Part shown: positions 1 to 13,359 of the stretch, piece after piece | How positions within the stretch are numbered: position 1 is the first letter of the stretch | Layout: the number at the start of each line of letters is the position of its first letter | Notes under the pieces: generated by a model | Database searches by the model: none | What the model was told of the DNA's origin: nothing | What the model saw: only the letters and a program-made list of their open reading frames with translations | Position numbers and translations under genes: made by a program | Origin: Lingula anatina | Lineage: Eukaryota > Animalia > Brachiopoda | Reading direction: 5' to 3' | Assembly (NCBI GenBank): GCA_051362555.1 | Contig: CM120640.1 | Coordinates: 71,278,788-71,342,787 of the forward strand | Length of the DNA stretch: 64,000 nt

Positions 1-1132
1 GTATATTTATATTTGTAGAAGTGTATGTATGTGAAACCTGTGTGCGCCAGTGGGCGTGCGCTTGTTTGAATCAACATGTATGTGTGTGCAGTACATGTAC
101 ATTATTATAATTAGATGTATCATACATTCAAGGGAGACGATCACTGTAGATGGTAGGCGGCAATATCACCATAGAGTTCGTGAAGTTGAATTTCTTGCGG
201 TTTGTAGATATAGGTATCCTCTTTCCTGGAAAGTCAATTAGAAAATGTGATGTGATCCATTCAGTTTGATGTTGAGGATATTCATGTGAAGTTTATATAG
301 CCTATTTTGATAAAGTTAATGTACAACTGAAAAACTAGCACACAATCAAAGACGAACACGTTTTATTTGCCTTAGAAACAACCCAGCACATTGAAGAAAG
401 TGATTATGGAAATAAGGTTTTGTACATTGAAATGTATGAAATCTAATTATTTCTATGAAATTGTCAAATTGGATAAAAAAATCCGAAAACAAAAAATAAA
501 AGCACTATAATAAATCAATGCTTGGGTTCACGGGGTTTTATCAATAGATACATTATGGATATGGTGTAAGAGGACAGATGTGCAGATCCCAGATTGAGTT
601 GGTACTTTGCATGATGTCTGGAGTCGCAAGACACTGACGTTGTTGGCACTTGTTGCCATTGATTGCCAACGCCGCACAGGGAGATGATCTGCCGTCTTCT
701 TCTAGGCGGAATTCTATCTTTATATGATGGGAGGATGCAAGGTAAATGCCTTCCAGTGGGCCCGGAGAGGACGGTTGTTGGGAACAGGGTTATGCGCTTG
801 CCATGTGTTTCGCAGAGTCATTCATCAAAGCTTTAGTCCTACAAGCGAGCTTCCTATCTTTCCCACGGATATTCACACACGCACTAGCTCGCGCACGCAC
901 GTGCGCCACACAGCAAGCGTTTTTCTGCTATGTGTGAAATGCACACTCTGTTTACTGCGGTTGAAACAACTGAAATCCCTGATCCAACTGACGCCCCCCA
1001 CCCCCTTCGTACGCTACGAAATTCAGATGTGTTTGGCACAATAAAAATAAGCAAATGAACTTCAAACTTTACTGAATCGTCAATAATACTCATCAATTTC
1101 TATTGAATGAGATTCCTGATATTTGACTCATT

Positions 1133-1305
1133 GGTCCCGTTCAGAATAGAGGACTAACTAGTCCGACGGTCAAATATGGCGACCTACATTGTACTACAAA
1201 GCTAAGTCTAATCCGCTAATAGACACTGAATAGATATCCCATGGGGAAGTATTAAAGCCATATTTGACCCACGGACTAGTTAGTCCCCTATTCTGATTTG
1301 GGGCC
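1133..1305. mobile_element. MITE, family A (TIR GG(T/G)CCC(G/A)TTCAGAATAG...)
   Basis: The left end ggtcccgttcagaatagaggactaactagtccg..gtcaaatatggc pairs with the right end gccatatttgaccc.cggactagttagtcccctattctga..ggggcc. A second copy in opposite orientation lies at 27943-28116. Confidence 0.8.
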
Positions 1306-1588
1306 ATTCAGAATAGATGATCCGAGCATTAACTGATTCGCCGACTAAATATGGCCGACCCCCTTCAAAAGCCATGCTACTAATTCCATGATGGTCTCCC
1401 CGCCTCCATACGCGCCGTCGCTGGAGGGGCCTAGAAATTAAACCTCGGAGCCGAGATTTAGTCTGTTTAATGGCGTTTGTGGAGGCGGGGAAACCATCGG
1501 GAATCGGCGGCATCGCTTTTGAAGTGTGGTAGGACATATCTAGTCGGCGGATCAGTTAGTGCTCGGATCATCTATTCTAAATGGTCCC
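1300..1588. mobile_element. MITE, family B, with the same outer TIR as family A
   Basis: ggggccattcagaatagatgatccgagcattaactgattcgccgacta pairs with tagtcggcggatcagttagtgctcggatcatctattctaaatggtccc (about 48 bp imperfect TIR). Non-coding. Confidence 0.75.
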
Positions 1589-2553
1589 AATGAGGCCCAT
1601 GTTTACTACAGTAACACGGGGCAGGACAGTGGACCCGGGGGACCTAGGGAACATATCGCCGTGATGTTATCAACAGGAACGCGCGCGGCATTCTTAGACT
1701 TTTGTCTGATTAGTGAAGTAATTGAAGACATTTGCATTTTGGATAGAGAGTGATCAGATTGGCGGCTATTTTTACCAGCAACAGTTTCCTTGTCATATGC
1801 TGGTGATCATGGTCGCAATGTCATAAGATCTTTGTCACAACCAAGCAAAGACCCTAAATAATTTTTCATAATTTTTTTTTTTACAAATTAATGTATTGTG
1901 TATAAACATGTTTGCAGAAACTAACAGAGAAAGAGAGACTGTAAACTGTAATTTGCACACATTTTAGTGCTCAATAAAGTATTATATTGTTATTAGTCTT
2001 CTTTCAGCAGAACAGCAGCGACTGGCAATGTACTTGTAATGTCGGGTATCTTCTCTACAATTTTATTTTCTCGTGTCTTCATTAAATAATTGATCACCTT
2101 GAGCCGGAGCCGCGAGCTCACAACCCCTTGTTTAGAAGGGAAAGTGATTCTACAACCTTCATTAACCGCACAATAGCGATCATGATGACATTTACTAGTC
2201 TTCGGACGCTTGTCGATTATGTGCAAGCTATAACGTCCTGCTTCCCTTCCATTATCTTGGTTTTGTTCAGGCATTATTACAGCGGGGAGAGATGTAAAGG
2301 GCCGACTGTTCTATATTAGATTAAATTCCCCATCCTAACAACCTGCTTGACGCCGCAAGGTTTCACTGAATTGTTTTGACGTTTTGAACGTGGTTCGTCG
2401 ATCGATGCGTGGGCATCCCTCTGTTTATGTGTTCTGCCAGAACTGGATGTGGAGTACAAGAGGACGCAATCAAAACTAATGGAGGACAGAGTGTCTCCTA
2501 TCGTTTAATCCGGTTTCAGCGAGATACACTGGATAGAGTGACACATATGGGGC

Positions 2554-2821
2554 GTCGCCATGGCAACGTCACCAGACGCAATGTTACCGAGTCATCCATG
2601 TGACATAACATAGGCAGCGGATGAACAACAAGGGTTGATTTAACAACAGACGGCGAACACCACGCTTCAACCTTGAGATGTGGGAAACACAACCTGAGAT
2701 CCGTGACATAAGGTGACTGAAAGTACTACCAATAACGATCTGATGAACGCCAAATGGGACCTTAGGAGAAGAAACTACAGTACACTGTGAAATTGACAGG
2801 CCCCGTAGTGCTTACTAACAG
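2554..2821 (+). promoter_or_regulatory. Putative promoter (RFX X-box) and non-coding first exon of the CBARP-like gene
   Basis: X-box GTCGCCATGGCAAC at 2554-2567 and a strong donor CAG|gtgagt after 2821. The link to the downstream gene is inferred. Confidence 0.4.
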
Positions 2822-5800
2822 GTGAGTACGAGCCTCGCTGCTGGACGCCCGGCTTGTTCATTGTTGTGTTAATAAGGCAACAGAACAGTTTCAGTTGCCC
2901 TGCCTCAGAACATCACAGAGCAAGAGACGGCAGTTTAGTTAAGACAACTGTAAATATGCACGGAAGTTTTGTAGAATAACTGTGTTTCGAGTTTACTGTT
3001 GGTGTACCGCAACCCTAGTCTGCATCGTTATATCAGTCAATTATATCAAAATTGCAGTAACTGCAACGAAGTCATACAAATCATTTTCCAAATTTCTTCA
3101 TTACACATGTATATATAATTAATAACATTGTGAACTGTTATTGCACATTGACGTCAAGGGTGGCATTCAAATGGCAGATATATACTTTATTACTGTCATA
3201 ATGGGTACACTAACGGGGCCACCACTGGAAACCAGGCGTCCCAAGAGTCCACCTCGCCACGTTAATACAATAAACTGAAAGCATTAGTCCTCTACTTTAC
3301 ATTGGCCGTTGGCAGCGCAAGCATGTTCCCCTGATATTCCAAAAAGCATTTGTTCATTTTCTGAACGTGTTTGTTCTCTTCAGCTGAGTGATGCCTGGTT
3401 GCTTTTGAAGATATCCCGAGAAATCACGGCATATACATCAGCTATATTAAACCCGATGGAGTCATAAACACGTATACAGATAATGTACATCATATATCTC
3501 TAATGCATCATTCTGTCTGAGACTCCATACGTCATCTGTATAATGTAGGCCACATACCCTGCTCCATGGTACGCTATAGAGTCTGAGAAGGGTTCTGGAT
3601 GTTGTACCGAAAAATTCACCATACATGAACCTCCCACGTCTCCAAAGACCTGTTCTTCTTACTCACCTTCACCATGGCAAGCACGGAACTTAGAAATACA
3701 TTGTGAATAGGCTTATACAATTTTAAGATCGCGTTTTCTAATTTAGGCTAATGACTTTTGAACGGTGCTTTCACTTTACGTAAAATGCACTTTTGGGCTA
3801 GATTTTACAATTGAATTATTCAATAAGGAACAAATGCCTTGGGAGCAAAACACAGGATATCTAAAAAATGTATGGAGGTTTAAGGCAATATAAAATGACT
3901 GGCTTTTAGGAGTGGTTATCCAGTCGCCCTAATATGATTGTCGGCAATCTATGCTACGATCTGATCACTCCTCAGGATTTCAGGTTAAAACTTAGCTGAT
4001 GTGCATTTGGTTAAACGGTTTTTCAGTGGAATGATTAACCTTCATCTTAAATCGAGAATTCCCGGTTAGTAAGTTCCGCCCCCGAGGCGTCTTGTTCCTA
4101 GACACCTCTGGTTATGGACACATTACAGTGCTCTAGAGAGGCAGGGATCAGGCAGGGACGGCTCCATAACAGAAATCTATGAAGAAATAAAGTTTCAATA
4201 AGCTTATCAGGATTCCATGTTTGCAAAAAATGGCACAGTATCTTTGGTTTTAAAAAAGAAGTGGTGGATATGTGAGACGTTCAGTTTGCAAACATCAAAG
4301 ACCAACGTGACATTTCAAGCTGTTAGATATCACACACATTGTCCCACTGAACATGGCATAAAGTGGATATAGTCGTGTAGTTTATCGCCGATTATTTCTC
4401 CACTGTGGACCCGTTTCTAGACATCAATAATGATATTTGTCCGCTGTATGAAAATGTTGTATGCTCCATGGGTCCGTAGAAGGCAATGAGTCGTAAGGAG
4501 CACAGGAGAGTTAAGGTACACGACACCTGACCGTGGAACCGACGCTAGGAAGAAGACTTTGAAAAGACGACACAATTCATAGCACCGACCCAACAGCATG
4601 GTTCTGAACTTTCAGTAAAAAGTTACTGCTCAAAAACATTTAGGTTCATTACATTAAGTTGTCATTATTTTCCGATGGAATTTGGTGATTGCTCTTAATG
4701 AAAATAACATTGCTCTTTCCTAACTTATGATTTTTTTTTTTTTGTTAAAGATGAAATATTTATGCATCCACAAATACCAAGAAATCACCCATTACTGCAT
4801 TGTTGATATTTTGACTTGGTAATGTGCCGCGGCAAGCGCCTCAACACGATAATCATGCCATTACAAAGTCTATTTAACCTTAACAGAAAAAACTTACATA
4901 CTTATTATTAGCGAAAAAATGTTTTTTTGGAATTCGCTCAACCTTTTACCTCATTGGCGGAAACAAGGAATCGTGAAGGAGGGCAACTCCTGCTGTAATG
5001 TTTCCACTTGGGAAGAATAATAACGGACACGTTCTTAATACGCTGTTTTAATTTGGTAGACGGAGAGGATGGGTCCCTGCTCACCCTCTTCCGGACCCGC
5101 CTAAGCACACTGTACAAAGAGCACGTGCTACAAGTGAAGTGGACGTCTTACATGTTTAACAAATGACACAGAGAGAGAAAGACATATTAACTTGGAGCGG
5201 TTCATAATATCATGGCACATTAGAAGCTGCCGGTTAAGTTATTAGGTAGAGGATATTGATTTTACTTTCGTGTTTACCGATCAAGAGACTTCAGTTTTAT
5301 TGGATATAATAGCATATGTAGCAGACGACCCTATTAACCGACAGAGCGCACGAGATAACATTCTAAGGCAGGCCTAAGGCTGCTCTAATAGGCCGGACTA
5401 AAGAACGTGGTATAGTGCACATACCATGGCATACCATGATACAAAAACTTGATAAACAAAGTGGTCTTTTACACATATCTTGAGTGTTTTGCTGAAATGT
5501 GTTTGTTTTTTTTAAATGTTAAAATATTAGGAATTAGACAAAGCTGCGTGGACGTTGCAGATCACGCGTTATGTGACCTCCGTCCAGTACGTACCACACA
5601 AATACTTTTTTTTTTTTTCAGACAAATTGAAGTTTGCAGACCATGTGACGGAGTGGTCTTTTGCCAGGCTTCCAAGACGGCTGCCACATTAGGGTGGGTT
5701 CCTTGTTCGCAAACGACAAGAATGTTTTTATGGCGACACTTTGTCTTAAATACACAAATGAAACATTGGTACCGACGTATATCAGTGTGATAATTGGTTC

Positions 5801-6934
5801 TGGGTTGTCCTTTCCAAATCATCTTCCCCAAGTCTCTGATATTGAATTGCTGACGGTTCAAAGGCACTGTGATGATATCATGTAGAGGTCAAAGGTACCT
5901 ATATTCAACTCTCCTCAAATACCCTAGGGTATTGTCCCAACGTGCAAACAAAAGGTCCTCTCACAGTGTAACTATCGTACTAAATAGTTCCAACCCACTC
6001 CGCGGGGAGTCTCGTTGAAGGCAATCAGATCCACTGAATGACATGCCTCCCCCTGGCGTTGCGTAGGATTCAGAAAAGCTGGTAATTATATGAGTACGTT
6101 AGTAACAGGAGGAGGCGTGTTAATCTGATTGCATTCTGCGAAAATCCTCTCAGACCAAGATAGTTTCATTGAGAACGCACCTTTTAGTGTGTGAAGCACG
6201 GGAGATATTCATTGAGATTAATGAAATGTGAATGCAGAGTGATAAGTGACGGTTAAATAACATAACCCTTTGGTGGCAAATTCTGGAAATCGCTCCTACT
6301 CCGGGATATATATGTACACTGTTTATTCCACTTATAAGAAAGCATATTTTAATGAATTTGAATGTATGTATATAAACGAGACATGCCAGCGCTAAAATAC
6401 GAACAAAACATCAAATAGTTATAAGGTATTGCCACCGTTCAAAACCAGCCGTTGCACTTACTGCAAACGCTTGAGTGGAGACGGGTTTGGTTCACCCCGT
6501 TGTACGTAGATGGACCAAGTTTTCTGTTCTACAAATGTTCAACACAGATATTGCTGGATTTTGTTCTTGATTGCGGGCACTCTATACGGGACTCAACAGC
6601 CAGAATTAATTTCCTCGGGGGAAAAAGCAATTTTCTCTTACTCACGAATCTTTAGTTCTAAACAACTGGCCAGTCTTAATTGGAAAGGATGGGTAGCTTT
6701 GCAGGATATGTAGACTGTAAACATAGAAATTTTGACGTTGGAGAAATTTCAAACGCGGACAGTATACCTTTAAGTCTTCATATGTCCACCCACTGATTTA
6801 CTACAGACGACCATTTTGTTCCAATACAATGTAATTATATCTATACGGTCACTTGGGTAATTGATTCCCGACCCTTACTAAAATATTTCCAATAGGATAT
6901 TTTGGAAAACTTATGGGAAATAGGCTGTATGAAT

Positions 6935-6936
<2 letters not shown>

Positions 6937-6978
<42 letters not shown>
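6937..6978. repeat. poly(T) tract of about 42 nt
   Basis: Direct reading. Confidence 0.95.
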
Positions 6979-6979
<1 letters not shown>

Positions 6980-9701
6980 TAAAGATACGTTTGGGTAATT
7001 CTTTAGATAAAGTAGTAGGTGCCTAAAGGAAATAGATACTGCATTTAATAAAAAAAAAAAGAAATCTAAAAGATGAATCTTGTAACAGAAATAATGGTGC
7101 ATATTGACGCCAAACTCTCTCTAAAACCTATTTTAATCCCGCCTTTGATAGTTTCCTCACAATGCCCAGTATTGACGTGACCTTCTCTGTTCAAACCACG
7201 GACTCCAAGCGTACGATCAACTTTTGACATTATGCAAACTATGTAATAGTTATCAACTACATTCTATACCAAACACTGGCCTCTAATATCCTTGAATTGA
7301 ATTTTAGGAATATCATATACAGATTTCCTAACCTGAGACAATACATGTATCAGTCGCGTTTTATAGTGCCGCCAATGAATTCTCACAGTTACCATTAAAA
7401 TGATTAAAAGTAAAGCGAATAAGACACAATATAATATTAAGCCTTCTATCTTTACAAAAGAATATATGGATATTTTGAACAAAAAACCATCAAGCAGTAG
7501 CAAGTTTGCAATGAGCCATAAAATAACCTCCAGGGCTGCACTAAAACATATTTGGTATATGGTATATTTGGTATATGATAATTTAGTATTTGGTATATTT
7601 TGTATGTGGTATATTTTGTATATAGTATTTTTAATATATGCTACGTTTGATTATTGTTCATTTGGCATATTCAAATCTCTGCCATAGATTAAGAGTATTT
7701 TAAGGGTTTATTAATTTTTATTCATACAAGTAGCCAATTTAAATTTAAAGTTATTCGTTTTGGTTTAATTCTCTGTAGGTTCCAATTAAATTTCCAATTG
7801 CTTATTGAATTCAAAAGGCTTCCCAAAGAGCGGAAATATTAACATTATGATGAAAATATGAAAAAAGTACAACGTTACCACAGTTTGCCCAGAATTACCA
7901 TACGTATCCAAGCATATGACGTGTGCGTGTGCAATTAAGCTAAATATCAGTGCTGATGCTTTTCTCTTTGCATTCAATAGGAAATTTAGCCGGAACCAAA
8001 AGATATTTCGATAGGAACCAATATGAAATTTGATAGGTACCAGTAGGGAATTCAATGGGTTCCAATAGGAAGTGGGACCAATTCCATAGCTGAACCAACT
8101 CGTACCAGCTAGATCCAATAAGACACTTTTTCTGGGAAGTTCTTTATAAGATTTGGGCAAAAAGATTCAGAGGTTCAAAATAATTTCCCCGTCCTTCTTG
8201 CAGAGGCCTCTTTAAATATGGCTGCTTGTGTCCGCGTGCTGACTTGGAATAAGACACATCGGCAGTGTTAATAATTTATCACTTTGGAAGTTTAAGTAGG
8301 TAAGCATTGCCCCATTCACACAAACGTCTACATAATCTAGTCAAACGTTAGTGGCATGAATGCCAATATTTTCAGTTGCTGAAAGAGGCTTGGTTAAAGG
8401 TATGAGAGTCTGAGCAATGAGACTGTTTGTGTGACTTAGAACCTGTCATAGTTCACGTATACCGTCAGATGACCTTTTTCACATTTCGAACACAAATGAA
8501 GTTATCAGGCGCAGCCTGTTTCTGTTTGTGACAGCAGAGCCCGTAATACCACACCTTTGTGTTCTCAACCGTACGATAAATGAGGACTTCAATATCCAGT
8601 TGTATGAACTTGGAGAAAACAACATACACAGTTAAAACAATTACCTCCCCAAGAGCTGTCTAACAACACGTCATTGTGTCAACATAGAACACAAGCAAGA
8701 TAATTGAAATGAAAAGAGCGGAAGTCATTTCATCAGAATCGATATCCTATTCCTCTCAGGTCCACGCCTGCCATTGTGGATGAATTAATGTTTAAGGATC
8801 ATGGCCCCATGATTACATGCTTATCATTTTTATCGATCGCGATAACGGCAAATCTGGCCATAATAAAGCAGTTATGCGTGTGGCGATTCTTACTAGCAGC
8901 TGTTTCCGACTCTTTTTTAAAGAACTTGCCGTGGATTCTCCACTGGTAATTGTCCACATAGTGTCTTCTTTCCGGATACCTTGACGTCCACTACCACTGT
9001 GCACAGCATACTGTTACTGTGAGAATTAAATACATTTCAAATATTTCAGAAGGAATTCATTTCATAAGGTATCGAAAACACTGTGCTGATTTTATATGAC
9101 AGCACATGTTACCGCAGTGAAATACATATATTAATGACATCAACATCCATCTACTTTGACTCAGGTGCTTATTGTAATGTTCCTATTCATGTAATTCATT
9201 GCTAACGAGTTTTTGCCTTTTTGCCTGAAGCCGATACTCGGCCATTACTTTCTCAGTATTGCCGCTGGCCAATGCTTTCGTTTTCATCATTACAACTGAC
9301 AACATTCCCTTGTATCAACCTGAGATGATTCTTTGAGTGAGAATTGATAGGAGAATAATCAGTATGGCTGCTCAGGCTGAGTAGCATTTTGTTTCTTCGT
9401 AAAAAGCGAGTATCTTATTTGCAGTTTGCTTACTATTGATGTTCGATTGATCTATGTTTTAACGATTTTTTTTTTTTTTTGCCTGATGGAATAGACCATA
9501 CAAACTGCTTTAAAAACACTGGGGAGAAAAATATTTTGAATTTATTCACAGAATCATTATTGAATCATTATATCTCAATGTGAGCCTATTCCTCACTACT
9601 GAACCATCACTCATTAGTTAGCCACTTACCGAAACTTAATTTAAACGTCTGCCTTTTCTTTCAGGAAGCACCGGAAGCTAGAGGTGAAGGCATAATACTC
9701 A

Positions 9702-12348
9702 ATGGACCCCACCAATCTCCCGGTAAGTCCATCCAATCAGAGTCAGCCAAGATAGCCTGAACCGAGGCTGACACAACTGCATGACGTCATTCAAGACTAC
9801 AATACGCGCGAGAGTGCGCGTGAGCCGTTTTTTTTTTTAATATCTTCTCAGAAAGCAATACAAACGTGACTCAGAACATGGTGAATTTCTTCTGCTGTGA
9901 ATCGCTTCTGTTCGACAGAATTTAAAAGAAAACTACCAGAAAATTATCCTTGGATAAATTCTGTCATCATCAATTATTACGTCACCGTCTACCATTATTT
10001 TTGCTAACCCCACCCTCCCAAATTCATTTAAACCTTGAATTTGGGGGACAGTAAATGCCTTTTTAGTCAATTTAAACAAATTTGATGTCATGAAACTTTT
10101 ACCGCCGTTTTAGTTTTCCGCGCTCCCGCAGAATCTGCGCAATATCTTGTTTTGTGTCGGAAAACGATCGTTCTTTGGGTCTATATTTTGCCATTGTAAT
10201 CATAATTTTGATCGGGAAATGTTTACTATTGCTTTCCGGGATATGAAGATGTTATATACAAAGATGAACCAACCTGTTTCTGTAATATCCCTCACGGAAA
10301 TATGAGAAAACAGAAAGCACAGTTAAATAAGAATGGTTTTTAATGGTAAATTGCGACGTTTGATTTGCCTGAAGCAATATTGCATTTTTGTATCTAGTCA
10401 ATATTTAATGCAGTCCAAATTAATTACTTAACTGGCGTTCCCTAGTGACACTGGTTGCATAAATGCTCGCCCACGTCTTCATACTGGATCATATGCTTGT
10501 TTCATCACTCAAACATTAAGAATTTTGACCACGAGCGAGTTTTTACATTTGCCAGAGCATCCCAGCGGGGTTTACAAATTTAGTTGGGTCTATTGAAGAA
10601 AAGTACATTTGGGAAATAAACACATAACAACCGGTTATTTCCAGCCTACAAGTACGTCCCATGCCAACGTTCAGCAACCACATTGGATTAGCATAGTCGC
10701 CCTGGTGGCAGGCGTCGTGGGGGGTCTCATCCTCGTCATTTCCGTTATTGTTGTCTGTAAATATTGTTTCAAGAAATCCTACGACAAGTAAGTATAAAAA
10801 ACTTTGTTCAATATTTATATAAAGGTAGTATATCGGACCTGTAAAACAGTGAATGGCTAATATGTATCTAGTATCACCTGCAACTACTACAAAGGCCAAC
10901 AAGATTTTGTATGCTGCCAGTGCATGGTGTCAGAAGAACATTAAAAATGCTATGGTAGCCGTCATAGTAGCTCTGTTGTCATGGATGTTCCATTTCACTA
11001 TATTTGATTTTTTATTTTGTTGAATGAAGTAGAATTTTTATATTCTTGAAATAGGATGTTAAGCTGAAAATTGCTACACTGTATAACCAAAAGCTCGGTG
11101 AAGTTTGGGAAAGCCCTGCCTATAACTGAGGTACACGAAACGTCTAAAAGATAGAATAAAAGTCCATCTTTACATTTTCAAAACATTACAAACTGCTACA
11201 GGCTTCTTTTAGGGGGATATTTTATTTGCGTTTTGGACGGGACTCGTTCTAGATAAGGCGTGGGTAGACCATACAGCATTTTGGTAATTAAGCTTACTTT
11301 CTGGCGAAGCATGTACCAAAGGCACATATTATGAGTTCCAATTTAAGATGGATTCGAGTTGCAGATCTGACAAAAAAAATGCCCTTAGCACTACCAATTG
11401 GCTCGTTTTGTCGACTTTTCGGTGTGATATGGATACTCTCTCGGAAAGACTAATTGAACGTACTGATATTGCATTTTCGCGCTGTACATACCATTCACAT
11501 GAATTTTCAGGCACCTCCCTTTCGCCATTATTCCAATTATTGAACACAGCAAAAATGTAGTTTTATTTTCTTTTTTTAATTATAAAACAGTCTACCCGCG
11601 TATACGTGAGGCTTTTGAAGGAAGCCACGGACATTACTCCGGTATTAGAATTAATTTATCTGAGCTTCATCACCGCACCCATACCTTCGTGTATTCTGTA
11701 ACACGTGCGGGCCGTGCTTGAACTGGTTGTAGATATATTTACTTAGAACACTTCAGTTACAGTTCGATAAAAATAGGAAACGAACCATGTCTACACAATT
11801 AGTACATACTAATTAGCCAGATAAAACGCCGCAAAGCCTCTGAAGTGGAGGTTTTGTGCCGAAATCGATACTCTCCCGTCACGGGTATCGGCTATGCTCT
11901 CTTATGTACTATGCACTTGTAACAGTGTTGTAATATGCCTTGGAAACGCTCTTCTGGTATTGAAGGACAAGACACGAAAAAGTTATGTAGACAGCGTTCC
12001 TAGACTCTAAATGAAGTGAGCCTAAAATAATGTTTAAAACGGCATGATACTGTCCAGGTGAATCGTTTGGAAGCGCTTATGGATATTTGGTAAGAAATTA
12101 AAGTTCGACCATGAGAAAAAAATCATGATGAGAACAATACATCTTTTCTATGTTTTTTTTATAAACGTAATTTTATGGTGCAAAGTTATAGTTTTATTTT
12201 ATAGCTTAGGAGGAAATTAAACCAGTGAAGGCAGCAGATTATATACATAACGATATTCCTTCTGATGGTCGGGTGCAGGGCCAATAAGCATTCAGGCTGC
12301 GCTGCTGATGATTGGCTGAATGGTAGTTTTGGATATTAGCCTGGTGTT

Positions 12349-12387
<39 letters not shown>

Positions 12388-13305
12388 GGAGAGTACGAAT
12401 ACTCCGCTGAATCAGATTCATAAGGAAGGTAAGAAAGAAAACCAGGCCGCTAGAGCGTTACCTACAAATATTGCCTGCTTGGTAAGATATCGGCTTAGAT
12501 GAAGTTGCCATCGATTATTATGTATATAACTTAGTTGTGAAGTATCTAGGTGCTCTCTTCAGCTGGTGGTCGGATATACGCAGATAAAAACCACATGGGA
12601 CAGGAGTGAAGGCAATCCGTCGATATTACTGTCAACACGCCGTCAGTATGAGAACATCACCAACAGATAATTGCTTCACTAGCGTTAAGAAACTCTTCTT
12701 TAATTTAGGGACCCGGAAGTGTATCGTACAGGGTCAGACAAACGCGGCTTCCGTCCTTATAGGCAGTACGAGAGCCTCCAAACTCAGCCCAGCGTTGAGG
12801 AACAGTCAGAGATCTCGGCCGATAGCCAGCAACACACGGAAGACGGGTACGTAAATAATAGACAGGAACACAGCCAATTCCATTAATACACGACCAACGC
12901 GTCTGTATATTTTATAGTACATAACACAAAGCACAAACCAATAGCACATCAATCTGACAATACTACAAATAGTCATCATAGATAATATGTTTGATTTATA
13001 AATTGTAAACTACATTTTACCAACACGCTGGCCGCCGGGTAGAAAGTTGTCAAAAGCAGTTTTAGGTGTTATTGAACCTTAAAGCGCAGTTCATCTGTAC
13101 TACTGTGCTGTTAGACCACCGTTAGTTTTTACATTGCGTTTTAGCAATTGAACTCATATTAAAACTCGAAGATGGCCTGCAGGGAATTGATTCACATTTG
13201 GTGCTCTGTAAATGGGTTTTAATTAGTGTGAAAAAATGGATTGAAGTTTTGCAACATTTCGCATTCTGCTTCCATTTGGTTCTGTATTGATGGCATAACG
13301 TAGAG

Positions 13306-13359
<54 letters not shown>

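Noticed and set aside
6419-8160. Possible transposon remnants (a TTAA-ended segment near 6773 and repeated aatagg motifs)
   Set aside because: Termini are too degenerate to delimit with confidence.
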